Positions 11,606 to 24,420 of a DNA stretch of 64,000 nt are shown here, one piece after another. The stretch lies in contig NC_058373.1 in NCBI RefSeq assembly GCF_018350175.1, positions 103,790,001-103,854,000 of the forward strand, in the 5' to 3' direction. The position numbers were made by a program, and so were the translations under genes. Origin of the DNA: Felis catus. Its lineage: Eukaryota. Under the pieces are notes generated by a model, which saw only the letters and a program-made list of their open reading frames with translations, had not been told where the DNA came from and ran no database searches. The number at the start of each line of letters is the position of its first letter. The first letter of the stretch is position 1.

Positions 11606-13045
11606 GTTGTAGAACCGTAAATGCTAGGCTAACATGTTAAGCCTTTATCCTGTGGCCCTTATACGTTATAGATCTGGTTTGTAGAAACTAAATTTAATAG
11701 CAGCATGAACAGATTGGAAGGTAGAGAAGAGAAAGCAGGATGGGTAGATAAGAGACCAAAGTAAGGGCTCTGTCAAGGTAGAGAGGGAACAAAAGAGACA
11801 GATAAATACCCCCTGGCCTTGCCTTTGGTTGCTAGAGTCATCATGACCTGTCAATAATTTCTCTGTATTAAGCACCTGCTGTATTCCAAGTCCTGGACTG
11901 GGTACTGGGGGACAGAAATAAGTGTAAAGTGAAATCCCCTGAAAATTTCACCCTATATAATGAGATGACAGACACACGAAAAGTCAACAAATACACAGGG
12001 GGGTGTATATGTGTCACACATACATGTACACATGCACGTATGTGAACATGATGTTGGCTAATTGCCACCTCTCCCTGACTCCTGCTGTAACCTATGATAA
12101 AGTGATTACTGGTCATCTTCTGGAGGTGAAACTGGTCATATGGAGATAGGAACCAATCCCAGGTTCATGGCTGTGCCCGATTAATCTGAGATTGGAATGG
12201 ATAGCTAATGGGGGCTTAGAGTATCATCATATCAGCCATTAACTTGAGGGGAGGCATTTTTTCCCTGACAACGCAATCACTTGCCTCGTGCTTGGAATGT
12301 TTAAACATAGATCATATTTTGTATCTAGCGATGTTATCTTTGTAAAAATTAAAATAATAAATAGTCATGCAACGTAATTTTTTCTCTCCCCATTAATATT
12401 ACAATTAGTTTGTTAGATGTTTGGTGTAAATTTAATGGCTTTGTGGATCAGACGCACTTAATACTATCTCATAAGCATTAGTGATTATTCCAAATATATT
12501 AGCCATTTTATCTCTTTGCAGAATGCCTATCTGTGCTTGTCAAATGAAAGAGCATTACCTGCAGGAAACCTCCCCCCCATCTTGATCAATATTGTATCAT
12601 AAAGTACACTGGGATTTTCTTTCCTACTGGTGTAGGCAACAGAAATGATGTCTTAGAGTAGCCACAACTTCAAGTGTTTTATAGCAGAAAAGTTATCAGA
12701 AGGAGCTCCACAGCCATTCAGCCTGAGGAAACGTTATCTACTCTTCCTCCCTGACCCAGAAGGGGTTAGGAGAATGGAGGAACCAGAACTTGGCTACATA
12801 TCTAACAATCTCTAGATATACCACCATCACCTCTCCGTTTCTCCCCGACCCTCGCACCTCTCTCTCACTGTCTCTCTGCTTCTCTCTCTCTCTGGTTCAC
12901 ACACACCCACACACACCCACACACACCTCCTTCAGGAATTTCCTCACAGGAGTCAACTGTAAACAAGGCCAGCCCCACAGTTGACACAGCAGCAGTAAGG
13001 ACTTTCACACTAAATTAAAGAATAAACATAATCTCACTCTATTAT

Positions 13046-13208
13046 TTTTTTAATGTTTATTTATTTCTGAGAGGCAGAGAGAGAGGAAGACACAGAATCC
13101 GAAGCAGGCTCCAGGCTCTGAGCTGTCAGCACAGAGCCCGACATGGGGCTCGAACTCATGACCTGAGTGAAGTCAGGTGCTGTATCGACTGAGCCACCCA
13201 GGTGCCCC
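13046..13208 (-). mobile_element. CanSINE
   Basis: TSD taatctcact(c/g)tattat. Confidence 0.93.
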
Positions 13209-13549
13209 TAATCTCACTGTATTATCAAAGGAAATATGAATGTGTGTATAGAAAGCCATTTTGTAACAAACTGATCATTCAATTTCATTGCGATAGAACA
13301 AGGTGTTGGGAGCCCTGGACGTAGACAAGGTTCAAGAATGTCAGCACATATCACACCACTCTGAGAAAGAGTTGAGAACAGTGCGGGGACTCCCTCTCGG
13401 AAAGAGCTGTGGAAGCTACATGTACTGCAGACAAAGCTTTCTAATGCCTGCAGCAAGTCTGGTTGCTTGAAGACACATATATTCACTTTTTACCCCCCTA
13501 GGAGGATTATTTCTTGTAGGATTAATACCAGACCATAAGAAAGAAAACA

Positions 13550-13680
13550 GGGGCACCTGACTGGCTCAGTCAGAAGAGCATGTGACTCTTGATCTCGGGG
13601 TCATGAGCTCAAGCCCCCACGATGGGTGTAGAGATCACTTAAATAAACAAATAAACACTTATAAAAAAAAAATACTTCCA
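13550..13680 (+). mobile_element. Short CanSINE
   Basis: TSD aaagaaaacag. Confidence 0.92.
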
Positions 13681-13735
13681 AAAAGAAAACAGAAACAAAA
13701 CCCTAGTACTGTTTCTCTCACAATCAACTAGTTTC

Positions 13736-13940
13736 TTTTTTTCTTCTTCTAAGTTTATTACTTATTTTGAGACGGCATGAGCAGGGGAGGGGCAGAGAGA
13801 GGGGGGTACAGAGGCTCCGAAGTGAGCTCTGTGCTGACAGCAGAGAGCTCAATGAGGGGCTCGAACTCACGAACCCGTGAGATCATGACCTGAGCGGAAA
13901 TCAGATGCTTAACCGACTGAGTGAGCCACCCAGGCGCCCC
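13736..13940 (-). mobile_element. CanSINE
   Basis: Degenerate TSD atca(a/g)ctagtttc. Confidence 0.93.
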
Positions 13941-15673
13941 ACCATCAGCTAGTTTCCGAGTTTACCCAGCCTGTCAGAACTCTGGGCGCTCACCTGGCAT
14001 TTAACTCGCGACTTACAAAACGGCGTTTCCTTGTGGTTTCAGACTTTAAAAGCCCACCACAGAGATTCAACATCTCCACTATTTTTACTAAGTCAGCTCA
14101 TTTCTGATGCATCAAGGATCTAACGGAGACCACTGAGGCGTAAGTTGAGACCTAACAACGGTACTTGTTCCAGTCAACGTTTTCTAAACAGAAGATCGTT
14201 CTGCTCCTTCGTCATTCTGCTCCTGTCCCTACCACCCCACCCCCCACCTCAGGACCCAGGACCGGGGCAAATGCCGGCCATCCCCCAGTGCGGACAAGGA
14301 CAAAGTGGGAGAAAGGTGGTGAGCCGCAGATGGACGGCCAAGTTCATGCCAGCTGTAAAAAGGGAAATATTAAAGCCACGGCAGCCTTTTCGCGAACCCA
14401 TTGATGCCAGGAGAAGAGAATCTGCATTGGCAGGTTTTGTTATTTTTTAACTTGACCCTGACAATACCTGCTGGGCTACCTGTGCTTTCTGCCAAAGAAG
14501 TGTCAGATGAGGGAGGAAGTTTGCGCACCTGGTGAATTCAACATCACAATGCCAGTTGGGAGGGAGGAAAGAGAGAAAGAAAGGCAACTACAGAAAAGAA
14601 CAGAGCCAAGAAATAGAAACTGGGGAGGAGGAGGAAGAGTAATGAAACAAACAATTTGGAGGAATTCTTGTGTGACATTTTCCAAGATCGTATTACACCA
14701 CAGGGACAGTAATAATTAACGATTCTAGTCACCTTGGGGTGTGAGTATACACCGTTCTGGGTTTGAATTTTTGTACCTGGAGCCCAAAAGGAAACTCTGC
14801 ACCAGCCACCGCTGTCTGTCTTAGATTTTGATGCCCTGTTTGGCTGGGCTGCTGCGGAGTTTCCAACTGCATGTAATTAAACATTAAGTGGTCTCTTGAT
14901 GGGCTGTCTTTTCCAAAAAGGCCTTTCTTTAATTTACAGTCAGTATGTCTGTAGAAAACACTAGATGGTTGCTTTTGCCTGTCCCAGGGACACTTCGGCC
15001 ATTCCATTCACAGCCCTGTTTTTTAAGGAGTCAGTCTGATGGAGGCAACTGGAGGGGGGAAAGGAGGGGTGAGTTTCAAAGACGTCCAAGCCTAAGCCAA
15101 GCTTGTTAGCAGCAACTGTCACACAACAAGGCCAGGACACAGAACACCATATGGAGCTTCCGCAGCCACGGGCCCTGGGACCTACGTAGGTTCTCAGTGC
15201 AGAGCATCTCCTGTGCTCCGACCTCCCTCCGCACACCCAGGACTCCCAGAGGGGCCTGAGTTTGGAGCATCACAATCTATAACCGTTCATCGGAACATCT
15301 GGATCGTATTCAAATGTGTTAAAAATACGTGTTCCCATCCATTCGAGTGTCAGCAAACATCAAGCTTCTAGCGTCACTTGCATTTCCATACATCCTTAAA
15401 CGCACCAGCATTTTCCTTTAGGCTCAGAAGCCTTGGCTTCCGTTGTGACCACCCAGCAGAATGGTCTCCCATAACCATGAATGTGAGTTCCATGGAAGCT
15501 GAAGCTTTGTGTGCCTGGTAGAAAGAAGACCCTCAAATAGTTACTGAATGAATAGATACATCTTACGAGGGCCCTAGTTTTCCTAAATCCTAATGAAGGT
15601 TTAAGTGGAAGCTTAATTTTGTAAGCTTGACACCTGAGAATCTTTTCCTACAGCCAACCTAACATCCATTTTA

Positions 15674-15888
15674 GGGGCGCCTGGGTGGCTCCGTCGGTTA
15701 AGCGTCCGACTTCAGCTCAGGTCACGATCTCACACTCCGTGAGTTCGAGCCCCACGTCAGGCTCTGTGCTGCCAGCTCAGAGCCTGGAGTGTGCTTCAGA
15801 TTCTGTGTCTCCCTCTCTCTCTCTGCCCCTCCCCTGCTCATGCTCTGTCTCTCTCTGTCTCAAAAATAAATAAAAACATTAAAAAAAA
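15674..15888 (+). mobile_element. CanSINE (left member of an inverted pair)
   Basis: ggggcgcctgggtggctccgtcggttaagcgtccgac head, CT tract, A tail. Confidence 0.97.
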
Positions 15889-15902
15889 TAATATCCATTT
15901 TA

Positions 15903-16109
15903 ATGTTTATTTATTTTTGAGAGAGAGACAGAGAGACAGACAGTGAGTGGGGTAGGGCAAAGAGAGAGGGAGACACAGAATACGAAGCAGGCTCCGGGCT
16001 CTGAGCTGTCTCTGTGCAGAGACTGACGCGGGGCTCGAACCCATGAACTGTGAGATCACGACCTGAGCCAAAGTTGGACCCCTAACCGACTGAGCCACCC
16101 AGGCACCCC
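15903..16109 (-). mobile_element. CanSINE (right member of an inverted pair)
   Basis: Full-length reverse copy ending ...gagccacccaggcacccc. Confidence 0.97.
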
Positions 16110-17490
16110 TCTAATATCCATTTTAATGTCTCCGGGGCCAGAAAAATATTATAACTTTATCATTCATATAATTGTTAGTAATGCAGTTAGTGTCTGCTCT
16201 TCAGAGAAATTTACAGCAGGCATGAGAAGCTACAATGTGCTTGGTTATTCTTTCAATCTCCCGAAGAGGTCAAAGCTGAAGTGTCTTCAAGGCAAACACG
16301 GACTCTTATTAATATAACTACGTCTCCTCGTGGAACAAATGCAAATCTATATGAACCTACAAAAGTCCCTTTGGCAATAATACCATTAGTGTCACAACTG
16401 TCAAAAGGAATTGAAAAACGAGTGATATTCAATAAGCATATGGTTAAGTACCTGATAGGTGGGAATTCTCACCTAACAGGTCACCTAGTCATGAGTCGAG
16501 CTGTCGGCTGATGCTGGACAGTTCCTGAGGCTTAATTCCAAGGGTTCTTCCTTCCCTGGCTTTAAATGTTCCAGACTGGTGATTCTGTCACTTGCCTTGA
16601 GCGACTCTTCCCGGGCCATTGAGAGGTCATCACTGAGACATCTCGCAGTTTCATATTTTTATTCCAAATTAGCCCCTCGGATGCCCCTGGTCAATTCTGA
16701 TGGGTGATGCCTTTTCAGACTCTTGCAGGTGGTTGTCAGGTCCCTGCTCCATCACAGACGTCACAAAGGAGGTCCTGTCTCCCTGTGCGTGCCCTCAGAG
16801 ACATGTTTTGAGTTTGCAGTCTTAAACAAATTGCTTGCACAGACCTGTGTGCTGAAGAACTGTGGAAGCTGATGACTAAAGCTTTGCACTTTGCAAATGT
16901 GGTCCATTTTGCCTATTCAGGCTTTCTTGAGATATCAGCCCCTCTAGCCACTTACTCGTTTTCTCTGTAATTCCTTAGAGAGTTGAATTGCCGTCTTCAG
17001 TAAATTCATTTGAACAAATTCATTACCCTGTTCTCTTCTCCTTCTGCCATCATCCTTACTAGTTGATTTGCATAAAGCTTTTTTTTATTCCCAATTATTC
17101 TCTCCTTTTTTTAAACCAAGGGCCCAATTTACAAGGTCTTTATTATTTTATTACTAAACAACGTTACCACACTTTTCTTGTTAAAGGCCGATGTTTAGGG
17201 GGAAAATTGTGAAATGTGTTGGCAGCCCTGTTTAAGCCACATTTAAAAGGAAATTAAAACCATGTTTTGACAGCATTTTTAGAGATGAGGAGGAGGCAAT
17301 AAACATTGCCCACAGACTGAATTAACCTGCAGTATGTGGGAATAAAGATGCTAGTATCATTCTCAACAACACTGAGAGCAGGTTGGGGTTCAGAGCATTT
17401 GGAGCTGGGAAAAAACTACTTGCAATAATGGATAAACATTTTAAATCTTACATGGAGAGGACTGAAAGTATGATTTAAAGATAGCAGTGT

Positions 17491-17873
17491 GGCAGCACCT
17501 GGGTGCCTCAGCCAGTTAAGCAGTTAAACATCTGACTTCGGCTCAGGTCTTGGTCTCCCGGTTCATGAATTTGAGCCCCACGTCAGGCTCTCTGCCGTCA
17601 GCATGGAGCCATATTTGGAACCTCTGTCTCCCTCTTTCTGCCCCTCCCCAGCTTGTGCATGTGGCTCAGTCGGTTAAGCGGCTGACTTCAGCTCAGGTCA
17701 TGATCTCATGCCTAGTGAGTTGGAGCCCCAGTGGCGGGCTCTCTGCTCTCAGCGTGGAGCCCACCTCGATTCCTCTGTGTCCCTCTCTCTCTCTCTGCCC
17801 CTCCCTGCTTGTGCTCTCCCTCTCTCCTTCAAAAATAAATAAACACTAAAAAAGATTTTTTTTTTAAATAAAA
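17491..17873 (+). mobile_element. Head-to-tail CanSINE dimer
   Basis: Two SINE bodies joined at ~17660 within one TSD taaagatagcag(t/c)gt. Confidence 0.9.
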
Positions 17874-18269
17874 TAAAGATAGCAGCGTGGTTTGTTTTGT
17901 TACACTTTGACCCTCTTGTCAAATTTGTCTTTGCTCTTCCTTCCTTTTTGCCAAATGCCTTTGCAGATTTCAAAATCCTTACGGTTTCTTGGACTGTTGA
18001 ACAAAATCAGAGGCTCTTTGTGACAAAGGCAGACCCAACACAAAATGAATTTAACCATGTGGTTATGCTACATCTATAATTTGGTACATATTATACAACA
18101 GCACACGATTACTCTTGCATTCTTCCTATAACTGTGTTCTTGTCCTATCGGTGGAGTGAAAACAGTCAACGTTAGTTCATCGAGCCTTCTGACTCTGACT
18201 CAGTTTTGCCGGCCAGAGACTGACTACCATGACAGTGACCATAAGGGTGGCAACAGTAACTGGGACCAA

Positions 18270-18490
18270 GGATTGAGCGCCTATTACCTACCAGACACTG
18301 AGCTAAGTGCTTTGTCTTCACGACAATCAGGGAAGTGGAAACTACCATGTTTTCCTGTTTTACAGATGAGGACACTAAGGCACAGAAGGGTTAGAAAATC
18401 TTCATGAGGAAAAATATCTACTTCATTATAGAGGAGCTTAACACCAGACAATCGAACTTTAAAGCCTGAATGCTCCCCCACTGCCTTTAA
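18270..18490 (-). mobile_element. MIR
   Basis: cctgttttacagatgaggacactaaggcacagaagggttag (reverse MIR core). Confidence 0.8.
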
Positions 18491-21289
18491 CTACTCCCCT
18501 CCTGGAACTAGGGGGTCAGCTTCTCAAATAACAACAAAAAAAAAAATATGGACTGACTTATGTTTCCTAAGACACCTGGAAGTCACAATTGCTTATTTAA
18601 ATACTGTCGTATGAGGGTTTCTACAATACTATGAGAGCCAGAGACATAGGCAAAAACCAAATACCTCTCACTCACACCACCCCTACCACAGCCCAATTTG
18701 TGTGTGAATTTGAGGTAAAATTAACCAAAGCTCAGAGAAAGCTCAAGATATTCAGAAAAAGATAAGCGGGCGGAGACCAGACTGCGCTTCCAAGAGGGAA
18801 GCTACCGGTTTTCTGCTCACACTAAATCCGCTCCAGTTATCCATGAAACGCACAAATGTAAAAGTTCTAGACCTACAGTAAAAAAAAAAAACTGACCTCT
18901 GGAAAGCAGCAAATTTGTCAGTTGGGATAGATCTTTGAAAGGCTGAGTAAATCACCTGGTCCCATGTCCTGCTGATTGGTCTACGATACATGCAAATCAT
19001 TTCAATATGGGAGACTGATCCCACCTTCATCACTGCCATCATGAAGACGTGGCAAGACTAGACCAAGAGAACACAGGCCTGGTCTCCTCTGTCCAGGCTC
19101 TAGACTCTATCCCAGCCCACTTCTCATGGAGCAGACACATACTAAGGAGAGACAGTCCTGACACTGTAACCTCCTCCAAATACGTAAACATTTTGTTTTG
19201 CCTCTTGTCTGACCAGGCAAACGCTGTCCATGTTTTTTTGAACATTGTATCATCAAGACACTGGAGCCAAGGCCAGTCTTAAGCAGTAACAAGACTTTCC
19301 TGTTTATTCCATGCCCTATTTCCCCACAGTCCTTAAAAAAAAATCTTCCAATGTTACAAAACACACCACTGTTATCAATCAGTGACTTTTTACCCTAAGG
19401 GGTGTCCTTTTACCAATTGTATACAGCTCTCTCATCCTGAGATTAGTAATTATGACTTGAGTTTGTTTATTTAGTGTATCATTTGGGGGAGAAGATACCA
19501 AACAATGGGGTAGGGTTTGCAGATACCAGTTAATTAAAAAGCTAGGTCAGCAAACAAAGGGTCTAGGAATGAAGTTCTAGAACAGCATAGCGGGATGTCT
19601 CTTTGACACTGTTTGCTGACCGACTGAAATTCTGCATATGTCAAGTTGATTTTTGATCTTGTCCAAAGGAGCTTATTGCTAAAAATACCCAAAAGAATTT
19701 GTGTCTACTTCATCAATGACCCACTTCCAACACAGGGACCTTAAACAACATATGATTAAAATAGCTACAGTATTTTTGAAACCTCTCGATTTTTTTTTAT
19801 CTGTCAATCCTTTCCAGAGCCATTTAACAAAAATCAAATAGAATGATTATAACTAGAATACTAAAGTAGCAGAGGCAGAATACTTCTACCAAGCAGTAAA
19901 GGCGTATTTCTGTGACTTGAGGCTAGACCTGAGTACCCTGGGATATGAGCCTAAAACTGTTCCCTCTGGATATTTGAAAAGTGCAAATAGTTAGCAATTG
20001 CCCTGCAGGTCACTTAGCCTGGTCTCCCTCTGGGCATCAACAGCTTTCCTTCACCACTACACTGCTTTCCTTTATTCTCCACTGTAACCCCTCCCCCGCC
20101 CCCGACTTTCTGCTGCCCCTCATATCCCTGAAATGATACGGAATGAGAACATGGTCATCTGTACTGACCTTCCAGATGGCAAAAATAAAGCCATTTTCAA
20201 AACAATAAAAGCAATTCTAGATAGTACTTTGCCTTTTATTTTTTATATGTGCATTTTCCCTCTACTGTTTGGCAAAAAAACATTCATTTCCAGAGGTCTT
20301 TTTCTAGTCATGGTCACAGTGATGTTGTTTAAAGTTTATTGGGCAGGGAAAACACACAGTTACCTTTTCAACCTTTCTAATTTGTATTGGATTCTAAGCT
20401 CCCACATCTTGGCCCTCGGGCATTTTCCTTGATAAAGCCCTCCTACCTTCCAGTCCAACAAAGACCAAAGACTTTGGATATGAAATTTTAAAGTAACCAC
20501 TGGAGAAGAGGCTTCAATTGTATTGGCCCAACTGGCAATCTGTGGAAGGCCACATGAATTGCTCAGAGATAACGCCCTGCCTTTCACCTTGCGGTCACCA
20601 GTTTGAGTCAAGCAGAGATTAACGGTGTCCAAGGGTTGTTATCATCTGGTGATGGCCTGGGAGCTGATATGAAATAAATTGCTAGTATCTTGCGTCTACT
20701 TGCCTGAGGTCGCTCAGTTCAGGCTATTTTAGGGACCAGATCCAAATCTTAGCTGCAATGGTTACTCTAAATGGAAGCCTCTGCGCAAAGATCAAATGCT
20801 AAATAAACCCATAGATTATGCTTCCTCTTGCACTAATGGAAGATATCCCCTTAGACAAGGTTGGAAGTAAGCTGGGGAGTTATGGGGGTGGGAGGGTGGG
20901 GGAGGGATGGGCTAGATCTGCTATTCTGAAGACAGGCCTCTAAGTATTTAATTTAAATTCTACCCTGGGTCCCTTACAGGTGATTATACCATCTGACCTT
21001 GAATTCCTTACCTGGATGGTATAATCATGCCCTCCTTCTGATTCGGTTGGAAGGTCCCACCTCCCTTACCTATTATTTCATCCACCTTGACAATCATTAA
21101 ACTTTAAGGAAAATGAAAAACCTTTCAACAGAAAAATTTGGGAACCTAGGCATGATTACTAAATCTATGTACGTGCACAAAGAGAAAGGGAGATCCAATT
21201 CATACTAAATTTTCTAAAGTTTTAAATTAGAGCCAGATAATATTTTGTTGTTATTACTGTTGATTGTCTTGTTTTGGGTAAAGAGACTT

Positions 21290-21486
21290 GGGGTGCCTGG
21301 GTGGCCCAATTGCTTAAGCATTTTGTTTTGGCTCAGGTCATGATCTCATGGTTCTTGAGTTCAAGTCCTGCACTAGGCTCTGGGCTGATAACACAGAGCC
21401 TGCTTGGGATTCTCTGTCTCCCTGTCTCTCTGCCCCTTCCCCACACATGCTCTCTTTCTCTCAAAAATTAAATAAACATTTTTTTA
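21290..21486 (+). mobile_element. CanSINE
   Basis: ggggtgcctgggtggcccaattgcttaagc head, CT tract, tail. Confidence 0.92.
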
Positions 21487-21864
21487 AAAGAAGTTTTTTG
21501 GTCTGAATCATTAAAATGTTTGCTTAAATTCTCTACTTCACATTTCATATGTAGATAATATTAAAAATAAGTTTTATTTAATTCATTTGTTGTTTTACAA
21601 TGCGTTATACATAAATAGCCTCATGGGCAATAATTCAAATTGGGCCTAACTAGATAAAATTTAAAAATAAAAGGGATTTTTTAGATTACTTTGTTTAAAA
21701 AAAAAACAACAAAGTTTCAAAATGTTAGGGGTAGATCTAAATTTCACTGGGGTGCCATTTTGTCCAGGTTTTATGAGAACTACAAGTATCTATCCCCAAG
21801 TTCACTCTTCTTTCACAACATATGAATCATAAAAACCAATGGCTCTTAATTCGGGGTGGTTACA

Positions 21865-21867
<3 letters not shown>

Positions 21868-21903
<36 letters not shown>
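21868..21903. repeat. (TG)n microsatellite
   Basis: Read directly. Confidence 0.97.
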
Positions 21904-21906
<3 letters not shown>

Positions 21907-22060
21907 TTAACAAAAGCTGTAGATCTGTCCAGAAAAATTACACTGAACACACACCAAAAAAATGTATTTTTCTATACAATTGAGAGAATTTATCCATCCT
22001 CTAAAATCTATCCATGGACAACCATCCCCAAAGGGAAGGTCACTGTTAAGAACTCCTGAA

Positions 22061-22264
22061 GAAGCACCTGGGTCACTCAGTAGGTTCAGTGACAGACTTG
22101 GGCTCAGATCATGATCTCCCTCTTCTGGAGTTGGAGCCCCATATCAGGCTCTCTGTTCTCAGCACACAGAGCATACTTTGGATCCTCTGCCTCCCTCTTT
22201 CTGCCCCTCCTCTGCTCACGTGCAAGTTCTCTCTCAAAAATAAATAAATATTAAAAAAAAAAAA
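22061..22264 (+). mobile_element. CanSINE (diverged)
   Basis: TSD aagaa(c/t)tcctgaa. Confidence 0.92.
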
Positions 22265-22949
22265 AAGAATTCCTGAAAAAGATATCAGCGCAGACACCTC
22301 TTAATAAAATTGTGTATCATACACTCCATACCTTTAGCTATACATATGAAGGAAAGGGGGGGGGAAAAGAAGGAAGAAAAAGGAAAAGAGGAAGTGATGT
22401 GTTCATTTACAATAGTCAGGAATCAAGATTATTGGTTTAACCAACTCAATTACTTGTTCTTGAAAATAGGGAATGTATGTTTATACCATCCCCCCCCCCC
22501 CACCCTCCCCCTCATCTCAAGATCAGAGGGCCTTATCTGTGGTCAGTTTTAAGACTAAATAAAGGCTATGCTTTTTGGTAGAGATTAATCAATAGACTGA
22601 GTTCTTGTTAGCCTTCTAAAGCTTCAAAGTGGCCAATTTAGACTAAAATTAAAAATAGCACAAACTTAATCCGCAAGAAGAACTATTGAGAAAGACATTT
22701 CAATTAGAGACTTGCATCAATTTAAAATGTATAATATTAATGTGACTCTTCATTCCACAATTACCTAATTTCATTTTTGGATGTGTGCGTGTGTGTGTAA
22801 AACTCTCCAAAGTATCTGCCTCCCTATGAAAAAATTCCTTAGCACTGTGTAGCAATAAGAATGAATAGCTGGACATTTCGAGCCAAAGGTAACTCAAAGG
22901 TTGTCACACTCGCATGGGTCCATGGGCAAGAAGGACTCGGGAAAAGCTG

Positions 22950-24420
22950 TGCACCGTCCGTGTTCAAAACTCGAACGCAGCGTTCATTTTAGGACGCTCC
23001 TTACCAGCCTTCTGAACCTGCCCTGGCAGCTCCCGCGGGCCGGGTCAGGCCAGGCCAGGCCTCCAGGTGGAACCGGAAGCTGCCACCCGCGGGCCGGCGT
23101 CCAGGCCTCGGGGCCCGGATGGGCGCACTGCCGCAAGGATCCAGGACGGGGTCCAGACCCTGGGCACTGGGGTCCGAGCCCAGGCCCGCCCCGGGAGGCA
23201 GCGTTTACTCCAAGTCGCGAGCTCTAGGGACAAGCACGTCGCAGTTCTCCCGTCTTTTCGCCACGAGGTGCTCGAAGGAGGAAACGTGGACTTCTGCGCC
23301 CGCCCAGAGTGGGGCGCCCACGTGGGACCGGACCGCGGGGCGTTTTGGCCTCCTGCGTCATTACGCCCCCACGCACCACCCTGAACTCGGGGAGACTGCG
23401 GAAGCGGATAAAGGTGGGGCACGAAGACCACGGCACCCCCACCCCCACCCCACTTCCCGCTTTTTCGAGAGCGGCGGCACTGTGCCTGGGGCCCGAGCCT
23501 TCTCAGTCTCCACGGGAGCCCCATCCACAGCGGGTTCGAGGCCCGCAGCCGTCGGAGGTACGGGTTAGGGGTCTTGGTCTCGCTGTCCCCAGCAGCTGGC
23601 CGGAAGCTGCCTCTTGGCCAGGAGAGTGAGACTCTCTGCGGTCCCTGGCACTCTCTCTGGTCTCCAAGTCACCTTAGCGGGGGCGGAGGGGGGTGGGCGC
23701 CGCTGGGGCTGGGGAGGCCCAGCATGCGGAACCCTCCGCTTAGTTTGCTGAATTGGGGTGCGGGTGGGGAGGGTGGAGGACGGGAACACGCGCCTGCACC
23801 ACTTTTGCTGGAAACCCGGGGCCCCGCTCCCTCCCTGGCGCCGCAGCCGCTGCAGGGGCGTCCACGGCGCCGTCGACTGCGAGCAGCCAGGCCTGTAGGC
23901 TTCCGCGCCGCCGGCAGGAGCGCCCCGCGAGTGTTCCAGACTCGCCGGGCCTTGTCGGGGCGGGAGGGCAGGGGCTTTAGGGACTCTGCGCCGGCGCTGA
24001 GAAGCGCGGGGGTCCCGCGGGGAAGCCCCGGACTTAGGGCAACGCAGACGTCCCGGGCGCGGGCCTCCATCGGCCTTAGCCGCCTTTCGGGCAAAGCTCC
24101 CTTAGAAGCGGGGAGGAGGGGCAGTGGCCCGCGACCCGCCCCTCTTTCGTCTGGAGGTGACCTTATGCCGACAGGCAAGTTTTCCCCCTCCCCTTTCCAA
24201 AACTCTACGCGTTTGTTAAATCCGGTTAAATGAAGAACACCGAAGTCTCCCGCTCTGCTGTCGGGAGAAACGCCTCTACTTAAGAGCATCGCAGCTAAAA
24301 TGTGGTTTGGCTGTAAGCTGATAATCAAGTAGCTGTGGTCAGACACCCACTCCAGAACATCGCTATTCAGGGACCATGTTGTCACACACGACGTCCATTA
24401 GGCCCCAGTAATCCGCCATC
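22950..24420. promoter_or_regulatory. CpG island downstream of OTX2
   Basis: Visibly high GC and CpG density over ~1.4 kb; no coherent CDS. Confidence 0.85.

Noticed and set aside
15674..15750. tRNA gene-like A/B boxes
   Set aside because: These are tRNA-derived SINE heads followed by CT tracts, A tails and TSDs; no intact tRNA gene is seen.
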